Positions 26,345 to 38,242 of a DNA stretch of 64,000 nucleotides are shown here, piece by piece. Location of the stretch: NCBI GenBank assembly GCA_048128005.1, contig JBEUKZ010000010.1, forward strand, positions 930,001-994,000. The letters are read 5' to 3'. This DNA comes from Veleropilina oligotropha (taxonomy: Eukaryota). Numbering within the stretch: the first letter of the stretch is position 1; the number at the start of each line of letters is the position of its first letter. The notes below the pieces were generated by a model that made no database searches, was not told where the DNA came from, and worked only from the letters and a program-made list of their open reading frames with translations. The position numbers were made by a program, and so were the translations under genes.

Positions 26345-27743
26345 ATAAATATATTTATTACCCACGTGACGCAGATATAGCCATGTGGTATTTATTTTGT
26401 ACGCACCACATGATGCATAACAAGTTGACCTCAAAGGTCAGGGACTACATTTTCATTGATAAACAAAACGAAGAAATCTACAACTTTTACTATTGTGGCT
26501 TGAATGGAAGAAAAACAACGATCGGAAATGTGGCGGATTATTAACAATTAATAAAATTAAATGTAATACAGCTAACACGAACGTTTATACAAGTACAGGT
26601 TTAAAACTGCAGAAAGTGTAATTATAAATAAAAACATGATAAATATAATTATAAAATACTTTACATCAAAGAGTGTCGTCTGCTTCGTGTTGTTTCGGAC
26701 CGTTGTTTCAATATGGATGCACCTAAATCGATTCGTGTGAATGAATGCGTGAAAATTGACGGGCAAGTGACGGGACGCGTAATGTCCATTGTTCAACCGG
26801 GAGGAACGTTCAATATGTATAATGTGAAGACATTCGATGGTAAAATTAAACAAGTTGCACGCTATAGACTTGCCGTTATTCCGGAAACTGTTTCCTCGCA
26901 AATCCAATCTGCACCATAAAAACATACAAAGTGTCAATAATTATAGTAGCATCTCCACATTACAACATCGTCAGCTCAGCGACATCATCAGTACCGGTAG
27001 TTCCGGGTCGCACGATTCTCGTTGTGTAGACGTGGTTCCCCAATCTGTTAATATTAATACCATTTCGAATTCGCGGTCGAGTCGGTGTGATTTCCTGAGT
27101 TCCATATTCTCGGCACCAATATACGGCGGCACGATTAATATAAACATCGTCAGTGGGCCGTCGACACCAAAACGCCCGAGACCAGATGTTGACGGTGGCA
27201 ACGAAATTCTTCCCTGAGTGCAAACTTGGCAACAAGCCATCCACGAGGCATATGCAAATTAAGATTTCGCCGCGTGTTCAACGGACTTATTTTTAGAATA
27301 ACGTAAATATATTAATGAGATGAGTAATATTCAGTAAAACGATCGTATATTAAACAGTTCTTATTGTTGCCTGATGTTATCTTGTTTCTTAGTTTCATTA
27401 AAATAAATTAGAATGAACTTTTAATACGATCTATTTGTTATAGCGTGTGGCTATAGAGTAAAGAGGCTATTTACAGTAATCAGGAATAAAATTCATCCGC
27501 GGCTAAACAATTTGAAATCTCGAATATGGGCCGATAAAAGCAAATAAAATGCATATATAACGCAATAAATGCATGGGTAATAAATAAAATACTACACTGA
27601 TTCTCGACACGTACCGTTTGTATCTCACTCGTGCACGTATCCAGGTATCTTACCTCGCTTTCGCTCGGTAAGATACCTGGATACGTGCACTCGTGAGATA
27701 CAAACGGTACGTGTCGAGAATCAGTGTAGTATTCTCTATATAT
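26345..27743 (+). mobile_element. Internally deleted Crypton-like (tyrosine recombinase) element
   Basis: N-terminal ORF 26713-26919 is joined out of frame to HKNIQSVNNYSSISTLQHRQLSDIIS...IFSAPIYGGTININI (26915-27217), resembling the C-terminal H...Y box of Crypton/DUF3504 tyrosine recombinases. There is a 13-bp inverted pair 26352-26364 / 27574-27586 and a 146-bp terminal palindrome 27588-27733. Confidence 0.7.
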
Positions 27744-28118
27744 TTCCAAATTACCGTGAGACGAGAGCCCGAGAAAACATAGTTTAGGTCATCGATCCGT
27801 TTTTTTAGAAACCCCGAGCAAAGGGGTTTCGAAAACCCCAGATCGGTTACCTAGACTAGAGAAGATCCTCATGTGCCGGACAGTTAATATGACCAACTAT
27901 GACTGTTCTTTGAACAAAGTGCCCAGCTGAGGATTCGAACCAACCCATGTTAATGAGATCAGTTGCTCGAGTGAATATGGGGCCAAAAACTTATCCAATG
28001 AACTAACGGATCAATGCTTATAATATGTTGGCATATTTTAACACCATTCCGGGTCATATCAGCTTGGACATGTTTATATTATCACAAAGGAAAAACGGAG
28101 CAGTCCGGCGATTCAATA

Positions 28119-29620
28119 GGGAATCACGCTCTCATCTAATACACCAGGCCTACAGTGCAACCATAAAGCTGAAGTTTTGAGGACCATGCCCTCATCCAAT
28201 ACACTAGGCCTACAGTGCAACCATAAAGGTGAAGTTTTTAGAATCAAGCCTTCATCCAATACACTAGGCCTACAGTGCAACCATAAAGTTGAAGTTTTGG
28301 GAATCACGCTCTCATCCAATACACTAGGCCTACAGTGCAACCATGCAACTGAAGTTTTGGTTGGGATCACATCCAATACACTAGGCCTACAGTGCAACCA
28401 TAAAGCTGAAGTTTTTTGAAATCACGCTCTCATCCAATACACTAGGCCTACAGTGCAACCATAAAGCTGAAGTTTTGGGAATCACGCTCTCATCAATACG
28501 CTAGGCCTACAGTGTAACCATAAAGCCGAAGTTTTGAGAACCAATCCCTCATCCAATACACTAGTCCTACAGTGCAACCATAAAGCTGAAGTTTTGGGAA
28601 TCACGCTCTCATCCAATACAGTGCAGCCATAAATCGGAAGTTTTGAAATCACGCTCTCATCCAATACAATAGGCCTACAGTGCAACCATAAAGCTGAAGT
28701 TTATGGAATCACGTTCTCGTCCAATACACTAGGACTACAGTGCAACCATAAAGCTGAAGTTTTGGGAATCACGCTCTCATCCAATACACTAGGCCTACAG
28801 TGCAACCATAAAGCTGAAGTTTTGGGAATCACGCTCTCATCAATACACTAGGCCTACAGTGTAACCATAAAGCCGAAGTTTTGAGAACCAATCCCTCATA
28901 CAATACACTAGGCCTACAGTGCAACCATAAAGCTGAAGTTTTGGGAATCACACTTTCATCCAATACATTAGGCCTACAGTGCAGCCATAAATCGGATGTT
29001 TTGAAATCACGCTCTCATCCAATACAATAGGCCTACAGTGCAACCATAAAGCTGAAGTTTATGGAATCACGTTCTCGTCCAATACACTAGGACTACAGTG
29101 CAACCATAAAGCTGAAGTTTTGGGAATCACGCTCTCATCCAATACATTAGGCCTACTTACAGTGTAACCATAAATCTGAAGTTTTGGGAATCACGCTCTC
29201 ATCCAATACACTAGGCCTACAGTGCAACCATAAGCTGAAGTTTTGGGAATCAAGTTCTCGTCCAATACACTAAGCCTACAGTGCAACCATAAAGCTGAAG
29301 TTTTGGGAATCACGCTCTCATCCAAAACACTAGGCCTACAGTGCAACCACAAAGCTGAAGTATTGGGAATCACGCTCTCATCCAAAACACTAGGCCTAAA
29401 GTGCAACCATAAAGCTGAAGTTTTTGGAATCACGTTCTCGTCCAATACACTAGGCCTACAGTGCAACCATAAAGCTGAAGTTTTTGAAATCACGCTCTCA
29501 TCCAATACACTAGGCCTACAGTGCAACCACAAAGCTGAAGTTTTTGAAATCACGCTCTCATCTAATATACTACGCCTACAGTGCGACCATTAGCTGAAGT
29601 TTTGTTTGGGATCACATCCA
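28119..29620 (+). repeat. Minisatellite, ~25 copies of 60 bp with a higher-order duplication
   Basis: Unit GGGAATCACGCTCTCATCCAATACACTAGGCCTACAGTGCAACCATAAAGCTGAAGTTTT. Confidence 0.95.
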
Positions 29621-31399
29621 TTCGACTGTCGGTGCAGACTCAATGTTGATTTGCTTCGAAATATAACTATGGTAATCTCTTTAGGCTAATATGGATATCT
29701 CAGCAGAATTTATAAAATAGGCCAACAGGTCACATGTCTTTGTGGTGAATACAGACATTAAGTCTTATTATCGCTAATACATATGGTTTTGCTGTCCAAT
29801 GCTAGTTAATTGGAGTCTGCGACAACATGAGATCAATAAGGGTTTTCTAAATCGCATCTGAACGAACAAGAGCGAGATATAAGTTGCCGGAAATGATTCA
29901 AGATGAAATCGGTCAATATTTTTTGTCAGAATGTTAAAATATTATACAAGACGACATGGGTGAAGCCCTTTTTGCAAGATTCCCGTCAAAAATATTACAA
30001 TGGTAATGAACCCTGCTTACTAAACACTGGCCCTAATGCCCATGGAATATATGCCTAACATTAAACTGCGTATGTTTCTTGGGCAATAGGGTCAGTGTTA
30101 GTAATCAGGGTTTGGTACCATTATAATAATTTTAAAGTGATTCTTACATGAATGGTTTCCCCGACAACGGAACTTTCCAGTTTTCAAAATAGGATTCTCA
30201 TAAAGATGGATGAAGTCATAAGCGATGGAGGCAGTGAAACGTGCGTGGGTTTTTTTATAACGGTTGAAGTCAAGATTTAATATCACGATCTCAGATAATC
30301 CCACCTCACCCCGGCTCTACCCACGAGTGTTTTACATAATCGATTATAGTTATTTTATCGTATCCTAGTGAACATAGACAACTGCGATGTTCAAACTGCA
30401 CGGTCACATGCGCATTATTATATAGTGTTTGTGCATGTCGCTGTCTCTCCTGGGATCGCTGCAGCGGTGATGGAACGACAACATGCATGCCATGGTTATA
30501 ATAATAATTAGACGATACTTCATGGAGATCCTTTTGTTACAAAACTGTGTCTATCTTTGATATTCACTTTTAGCGTGGTATATGAAAACAATGGGCTGAT
30601 GTTCACGCGTCGTTTATTAGCCAAACCTGAACAATGAAATGTGATAATTTTCAACAGGCGGCTGTGGTGGTCAGGGTCAAAGATTATAGTGGTCTGCTGA
30701 GTACGATCTCATACTCTGGTGACCGTTTCGTACTCAAATCAACACTCTTGATCATTGCAGAGTCTGAGCTGAGTTTCATATGAGTCTTTATAATCTTGAG
30801 GCCCAGGTCTCCATTTGACCAGTTTAAAATGCTTATTTACAGTATATTTTAAGAATATTTGAGGCTAAAATTGTATATTATATCAAGCAAAAGAATGATA
30901 CAATTCATGATCACTTTATATTGTATTTACACATTTAAATGAAAATTCGCAGAGCATGACATGAAAACATGGGCGGATATAATTTTAATCAAACGGGTGG
31001 GTTCCAGACATCCAGTCATCCACTTTTTTACCAATCACAAATTTGATGGTCAAAATTATCGCGTTTTACACTGTCAGAATGTAGGAGAGGTATTTCACAC
31101 CGTTAATTGTCAACTTTTTTCACAGCTGATAGTATAATTCATAAAAGTTGGACACTCACATTCTCCAAATCCTGCATCTGCCCCTGTGAAAAACAGTAAA
31201 TCGTAACAAATATCATACCTATGCCTGCAAATAATGGGTGGACTTCACTGCATTCTTCGGAGAAGTAACATCATCTTGGAAGTCTAAATCCAACAACTCA
31301 CAGTCAAATCTCTAAATTTGGAAAAGTCCTACATCGTTTTCGTCTCTTACATGAAAAAATACCTAATATAAATTATTGTTCTACTGTATCGCCTAAATC

Positions 31400-31577
31400 G
31401 GTTAGACCATGTAACTCGTGAATATGTTGGATAGACACAGTTTTCCACCGTTGATTAAGTGTGAAATCGGATCATTGCACTCGTGCTTCGCACTCGAACA
31501 ATGGTCCGATTTCACACTTAATCAACGATGAAAAACTGTGTCTATCCAACATATACACTCTTTAGCATGATCTAACC
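31400..31577. repeat. Long imperfect palindrome
   Basis: Arms GGTTAGACCATG..TATGTTGGATAGACACAGTTTT..GTGTGAAATCGGA around the centre CACTCGTGCTTCGCACTCG. Confidence 0.85.
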
Positions 31578-31581
31578 TACA

Positions 31582-32610
31582 TTAATAATACTTTATTTAA
31601 AGAAGGTAACACAATTAGTACATGAAAAATGACTATTCTCCCTTGTGGCCTTCACTACAAATACACACATATTACATGAAAATAAAACAAGAACAGGAAT
31701 AAGATATCAGGATATATAATTAAATAAAATTACTACAATACTATATACAATATATACAATCATGTGGACTTCGTGGTAATACACCTAAGCATAATATATT
31801 TAACAAAACAGAATATATAGTAAGCCTAGTCTGCATTCAACAGGTAATTATAGCACCGTTGTTTGAATGAATTGAGAGTATTCGAAGATCTTATACTTCT
31901 CGGTAAGCTATTCTAAATAGTGACACCTGATAGTTTTAGACTTTTCCTATAAAGCTGTTTTGAGAAATTTGGTAAAGAAAGGTTTTCATTTGCAACCGAA
32001 CGCAGTGAATAATCTGTCTTGACCGTACTGAAAAGGTTTTGAAGATAAGGTGGGGCAATTCCATTTAATGATTTGTATACAAGGACAGCTTTATGATAAT
32101 CAATCCTTTTGTCAATTTTTTGCCATTTAAGTAATTTAAACAAAGGTTCGGATGGAGAATCAAACGGCTTATCAAGGAGAATGCGCGCTGCTCTTTTTTG
32201 TAGCTTTAAAAGTCTGTTTATATCTTGTTTAGAACAATTTCCCCATATCGTGAGACAGTAGTCAAGTACTGGCTGAATATAGGCATTAAAATAAAGAATT
32301 CTAGTTTTTAGTGGCAGATATTTCTTAATTCTGGATAATAGTGCTAATTTTGATATCAGAATTTTGCAAATTTTATTAACTTGTATATCCCAGTGAAGAA
32401 AGCTATCAATACAAACACCCAGAAGCTTGTGACTGGAGACATTTTCAATATCTGTATTATTTACATGCAGAGTTATTTCGGTATTCTCCATATGGGCTAG
32501 CTTTTGCACTGTAGATATAAGCATACATTTAGTCTTGTTTACATTAAGAACCATGTTATTGTTTCTGCACCAGTCTCCAATGCGTAATAGGTCTTCTTTC
32601 AAGGAAGACC
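31582..32610 (-). mobile_element. 5'-truncated non-LTR retrotransposon (CR1/L2 group): RT C-terminus and 3' UTR
   Basis: ORF 31913-32659 contains WC..NNMVLNVNKTKCM, KLLGVCID, LDYCLTIWG and KLQKRAARI. An (ATT)n-like tail lies near 31582. Confidence 0.85.
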
Positions 32611-32613
32611 TAT

Positions 32614-34437
32614 TACTGATTGCTATATACCCGGGGGGGCCAAGGGGGAAGGTGGACACTGTCTGCTGTAAAAGGCTGGTGTCATTTTTTTCATTTAAAT
32701 ACCCCCATGGAATAATTCTAGGTTGGCCAGCTTTCTGGAAAATCCACAGGGACTATTTTATGAAATTATTATTTTACCCCAGCTGTAAAAAATGGCACCA
32801 GTCAAACGGGAGTGTAGTAGCAATAATAGGATAATTTCATTAAACACATGTTATAAACAATGGACATCATACTTATTATTATCAAGGACACATATAATTA
32901 TCAAATGAAGCATTGCATTTCAATACATATTATGAAGTAATTACATACACCCCCTTAATTGACTATATTGAATAACAGTATTCAGAGCATACATTATTAA
33001 ACCAATTATTGATAACACCAATACATATTGATAGGACTGCGTATTTTTTCCACTCCAATTGAACAAAATACGATGCCATGGTATTAGTTATACCGTCATG
33101 TTTGTTGCTTAGCAGGTCAATATAACGAATCCGTTGCTCTGAAAGTTAATATATCGAATCCGGTGACCTGTTCAGCTTTCATAGGTTAATAGCACATATT
33201 CTATGATCTGTGACTGTCCTCGATAGTTCAATTAGTTTGAACATCGGAAAAACGTTAAGTGGGGTGGTAGGATGTGGGTTTAAAGCCGCTCCAGCCTGGC
33301 TTATTCTAAGGCTTAAAATTAATAGATGGCATATCCCTAATGTATGTGTTCAGATCAGAGTGAGACCTTAAACCGGGTATCTCGACTGTGTTAAGGCTGA
33401 AAAATTGCCAAATTGGTCGTAAAACAAAGTTGTCAACTCAATTCTTTGATCTGTGCTAAACATACCATATTGACTGATTATTCTTGTGTACAGTAAACAT
33501 GATTGGAGAAGAGAATAGTTAAAGTCATCATCATCATGTCGGAGAATATGGCAGGTTTCCAGGCACCGCTGGGTGCGCCCTTGTCCTTCATATGGCTCCT
33601 CTCCTTTTGGCTCTGTCCTAGGCATCACCCTGAATAACTCCCATCTGTTGAAAGGAGATCGCCCATCCACGACTATCCTGGTGTAGCCCTGCACCCAGTC
33701 TGTGTCGTCCTTCCGCTCCACATGTCCAAACTATCTGTGTTTGCTCCTCTTCACAAAGTCACCAACCGCCTCCCCAACCCTTCAATCGTCAGCCTGTCCC
33801 AAAGAGACACGAAACTCCTCAGCATCCCCCACCAGTGGAACGTCTCTCTTGCACAGGAATGTCGTACTCGTGGCTTGCACCCCACTACACCTCTAGTATG
33901 CCCACTTTTAACATGTCGTACACTTTAGCGAGTTGACAACTACCCCCTTGCACAAATTCCACGTGGCCCTGCACCGGACTCAGATACCATATCCCGCAAG
34001 CATAACTGCGGAGTGTTATCGGAGTCTGCATATTATTGTTAATAAATATAGTTCATTATACCATTTTTGATGGTTTGGGCGGCCATCTTGTAATTTTGGA
34101 CGCCATATTGGATTTTCAGACGGAGGCCCATATCCACTTTTTGTCTATTCTTCCTGACTTACATTTCTGCTAAATTAGATGCTTTTACCATAAAACCCAC
34201 AATTGTTTCACCATTCTGCTGCACTAATAAGACACAGCCTATTATTTTTCGGTGAAATTACAGAGATGGGGCAAGATCCTAAATCACTTCATAAAGTGTC
34301 CCTGTGGATTTTCCAGAAGGCTGGCCAACCTAGATGTGTTCCATATTGATGAAAAATAGCCATCATCCTTTACAGCAGACGGTGTCCACCTCCCTTATAA
34401 AACGTGGTCTTATAATAGAGATATATAGCAATCAGTG
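32614..34437. mobile_element. Old TIR element (~140-bp diverged inverted repeats, CACTG/CAGTG-type end)
   Basis: 32614-32755 is the reverse complement of 34298-34437 (ACTGATTGCTATATA...CTAGGTTGGCCAGC..CTGGAAAATCCACAGGGAC). Confidence 0.6.
33526..33990 (-). mobile_element. RTE-like LINE 3' fragment
   Basis: FGHVERKDDTDWVQGYTRIVVDGR resembles the RTE C-terminal motif, with a (GAT)n tail at 33526-33537. Confidence 0.6.
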
Positions 34438-35372
34438 GGTGGGGATTTCGCCTGGCGATTTCGATATTTTTGTTCTTTAATTTATTTACGTATCGTCCAC
34501 GGATTGTGGTTAGAATTATCAGCAGGGCACTCTTTGTTCAAGTCATTTGAAACTTTCTCCACAATTGGTTGTTATGACACGATTTCTTAGGAGACCATGC
34601 AGGCTTTACTCCTGCGATAATATTGACATGGTCTGGTATGAATATGAAGGTTGTTGTTGAACATAGAATCGAAGAACTTCCAACATATCACACCCATGAA
34701 TTTATGTCGATACTGAATTAAATTATGACATACAGAGTTATCTCCCTGGAATACAGCAGCGCTGTCCCCAGCAGGTATAGTTCAGCTCAGTTCTTCCGTT
34801 AACAACTAACCTTAAAACTACCGAACTCTTTATGAATTAGCGTTTCAATCAACTGAGTTATGTGCTTAGTAGATATGTGCAACTTCTCACACACTGCAAA
34901 AAACATATGACCAGGTGATAACTATATACATACAAGAGTTATCTCACCCTTATAAATATAGGCGCGTATACATAAATACAAAACTACTATAAGAAAAAAA
35001 CATTAAATATCTTTAAAATCCATTTAATATCTCATTATCGAAGAAATTTCACTACTTGTAATCCTTGAATAAATATAATAAATGTATAAAATAATAATAT
35101 TATGAGATGAAATAAGCATATTAAGATATGATGGGATATCTCTATATAAAGTAAAATCACCATCTTTTGAGTATTTATGCATGGCTATATCATTTTAAAT
35201 ATTATCAATCAGATTGTAAAGATTCCGACTACTTCAACTTCAACTTCAACTTTGATACTTGAAACTTCCTCTGGTGGAAGACTCTCAAGGTGCAAACTAT
35301 AAAACGTACTGATAAATATATAGCAAGAAATATTAAAATCGATCTGAGCACCAACATGTTGTTGACTCAGAA

Positions 35373-35462
35373 TTAACTCCCTCTATATGTGGTGTACGAA
35401 AACGGATTTAGCAACAGTGGCACATGGTAATGAGGCTCAGGGTCGTCTATCTGGAAAATAAC
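35373..35462 (-). CDS. urah: 5-hydroxyisourate hydrolase, last coding exon
   Basis: tttctttatttgcag|GTT... reads [37 protein letters not shown] and the C-terminal YRGS are diagnostic of HIUase as opposed to transthyretin. Confidence 0.96.
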   Translation of the reverse strand, partial: VIFQIDDPEPHYHVPLLLNPFSYTTYRGS

Positions 35463-36427
35463 CTGCAAATAAAGAAATGATACAATATTGAGAGCAGTTG
35501 ATGCCCTGTCTTGTTATACATAGAATGATATACTTAAATTTGTAAACATCTGACACAGGGTCAGTATATTATATAATAACCTGAAAGTTATGGACAAATG
35601 TGACTGTTAATAGACGAAAGTGCCAGTCAAGGATGCAAAATCAGTTGTTAATCGAAGTTGCCAGGCGAGTGATTGTGGAGTCAAGTTCAATAATCCAATG
35701 CACCAGAAATCGTGGATTGCAATAGGATCGACATTATCTGGTGCTTGATTCCCGAGAGCATAGTTGAGGTTTGCTGTAAAACATGCGACTCAAAACATCC
35801 TAAAGGTGTTCAATTGGTGACATGTCTGGAGAAATGGTCGACCAGGGTAATGTTGCAAATCATTGTTCCCTAAGACAATCAACAGCGAATATCGTTCTTC
35901 CCTGAGATTAGTCTAGGCCTCTACACCCTAATTTTTATTCTTAACCCCACCTGTTGACCAACAACGTGCCACCAATCGGGATACCGTATCATGCCTTTAG
36001 AGTGGATCAATAGTCTGCAAATCGCATTCTGTGATTGCCCCTCTTCAATATACCTATTTGTGCACAATTTTTCACTTTTCGAGGTATTTTCTTTCATTTT
36101 ATATTCGATGAACCATGTGGTTATGCTGTTTATCGTCAAGATCCAGGATGTGTCACCATATATCTCAGATGATATGATCTTTTTTTATAAATGCGCCCAG
36201 GTAAAACCATGCAGGTCAATTTCAAGTGACAAGGGTTTCCTTAAATGTTGTTCACTGTAACCTGTAGACCACGAGTTGCTGAACAAATTTGGGACATCCA
36301 AACTATTGGAGAAATAATCTGAGTCAAACAATCCATGAAGTGGGACATGACTCAAACCGTACTGTAATATAAAATTTATCATGATTGAAAGATTACCATG
36401 CTATCCACAAATGATAATTTCACTTAC

Positions 36428-36560
36428 CTCAACATAAGGGTAAAATGATTTAGTGTTGGTCTTTGCAAAATAATCGCCGGTTTGGAATGTAAGCTTGAAA
36501 ACTGCGCAGTGTAAAGTTGTGCCTTTAAGAAATCCGCCTCTGCCATCTAAATCTGTGACA
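36428..36560 (-). CDS. urah: 5-hydroxyisourate hydrolase, middle coding exon
   Basis: Polypyrimidine tract and ctag| acceptor, phase 2 matching the previous exon. Reads (S)VTDLDGRGGFLKGTTLHCAVFKLTFQTGDYFAKTNTKSFYPYVE|gtaagt, containing the DGR and FYPYVE family motifs. Confidence 0.95.
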
Positions 36561-36714
36561 CTAGAAAGGGGCAGAAACAACAAAGGAAGATAACATATTG
36601 CATTCATTGTCATTGCATATGGACAGATAAGGTATGAGAAAGATAATTATTTGAGAGTCAGTCAATGAGCTAGATTGTCGTGCAGATGCACGATATTTAT
36701 TTCATTCAAATTGT

Positions 36715-37760
36715 TGATTGAGGCAGTACAGAGAGTACTAATAAATGGAACATCTTCAAAACAGACACCAGTCCTCACCGGTGTGCCACAGGGCACAGTC
36801 TTAGGCCCATTGCTGTTTTTGGCATGTATTATAACGATATGCCCCAATGTGTCGCATCCCACCTGAACCTATTCGCCGATGACAGCCTACTCTACAAACG
36901 CATTCGAAGTGGTGACGATGACAAAGCATTACAAATGGATCTTGACAAACTACAAGAGTGGGAGAAAACTTGGCTTATGAGCTTTCATCCGGACAAATGT
37001 GAAATACTCAGAGTATCGAATAAAACCAAGCCAATAATTTCCGACTACTTCATCCATAATCACAAACTAAATACAGCGATTGATCATATCGCTAAATCTC
37101 AGCAATAGAAATACCGACAGGACGCTGAAAAGAATGGCACATCTCAGCAGAACACAGCGAAATACTTGGGGCTGAATATCGACAGTAAGCTATCATGGAA
37201 CCAGCACTCTAGCGTTCCTAAAACGTAACATCTACAATTGCCCCAGACCCGTTAAAGCATACTGTTATCAAACATATGTTAGTCCAACATTGGAATATGC
37301 TTCATCGGCCTGGAGCCCAGGAACCAAAAAGAACACTGACAAGTTAGAAATGATACAAAGACGTGCAGCCAGGTATGTCTTCAAAGACCATCGCCTACAA
37401 GCAGCCCAACAAACATGCTCCAGCAGCTCGCATGGGCAACATTGGAGCAGCACAGACTTAATTCCCGGCTAACAATGCTCTACCGTATTCAAAACAACCT
37501 GGTAGACATTCCTACCGCCTACTATACCACCCCTGCTCGCTGCCAGCGCAAACACAACCAGATGCTAGCACAACCAAGAAAACCGCATAATCTGTTAACT
37601 TATGGACAGTCGTTCTTCGTGGACACCAATGACCATCACCACCTGGAATACCCTACCCGCACATGTCGTGTCAGCACCGTCACTAGAATCTTTTAGACAG
37701 CGACTAGGCGTCCATTACTCCCATGCAAATTAAATCAATAATTTGTTTTAACGAGCACCA
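36715..37760 (+). mobile_element. 5'-truncated, frameshifted LINE RT remnant (CR1/Jockey group) in the urah intron
   Basis: GVPQGTVLGPLLFL, LFADDSLLY, KYLGLNIDSKLSW, EYASSAWSP and IQRRAARYV are spread over several frames. Confidence 0.85.
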
Positions 37761-38242
37761 GCACTTATTTTATCCTCGATTTTTATTATGTCTTGACCTT
37801 TTTGTAAAAAAGGACAAGACATTATCAAACGGCCCGTGTGTATATACATATATATATATCCGTCGATTTATTTGTAAACTACCGGATCAATTTTCACCAA
37901 AATTGGTACACACATTCCCACGAGTATTTGTAGGTCGTGTATATGTTACAGTAAATGTCTAAAATCAGTAAATCTGTAGATTTCCTGAAAATTTCAGTAA
38001 ATCTGTACATTTACTGATTCACTCAGTAAATGTACAGATTTACTGAAATTTCCAGGAAATCTACACATTTACTGAAAAGTAATGCTGATTTCTCGACATT
38101 TTTACTGAAATTAATTAAACAATTATTTCCAACAATGAATTCAACAATCCCTCAAAAAGAAACATGAACAAATACTGTATTCCGTAAGATTATCTTTATT
38201 TAGAAACTGCACACCATTGGTCCTCAGAATTATTAACTGATA

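Noticed and set aside
27900..28010. tRNA gene (also GGTTCGAA-type motifs near 14640, 15245 and 17360)
   Set aside because: A/B-box-like motifs are present but no consistent cloverleaf. They are more likely decayed SINE heads.
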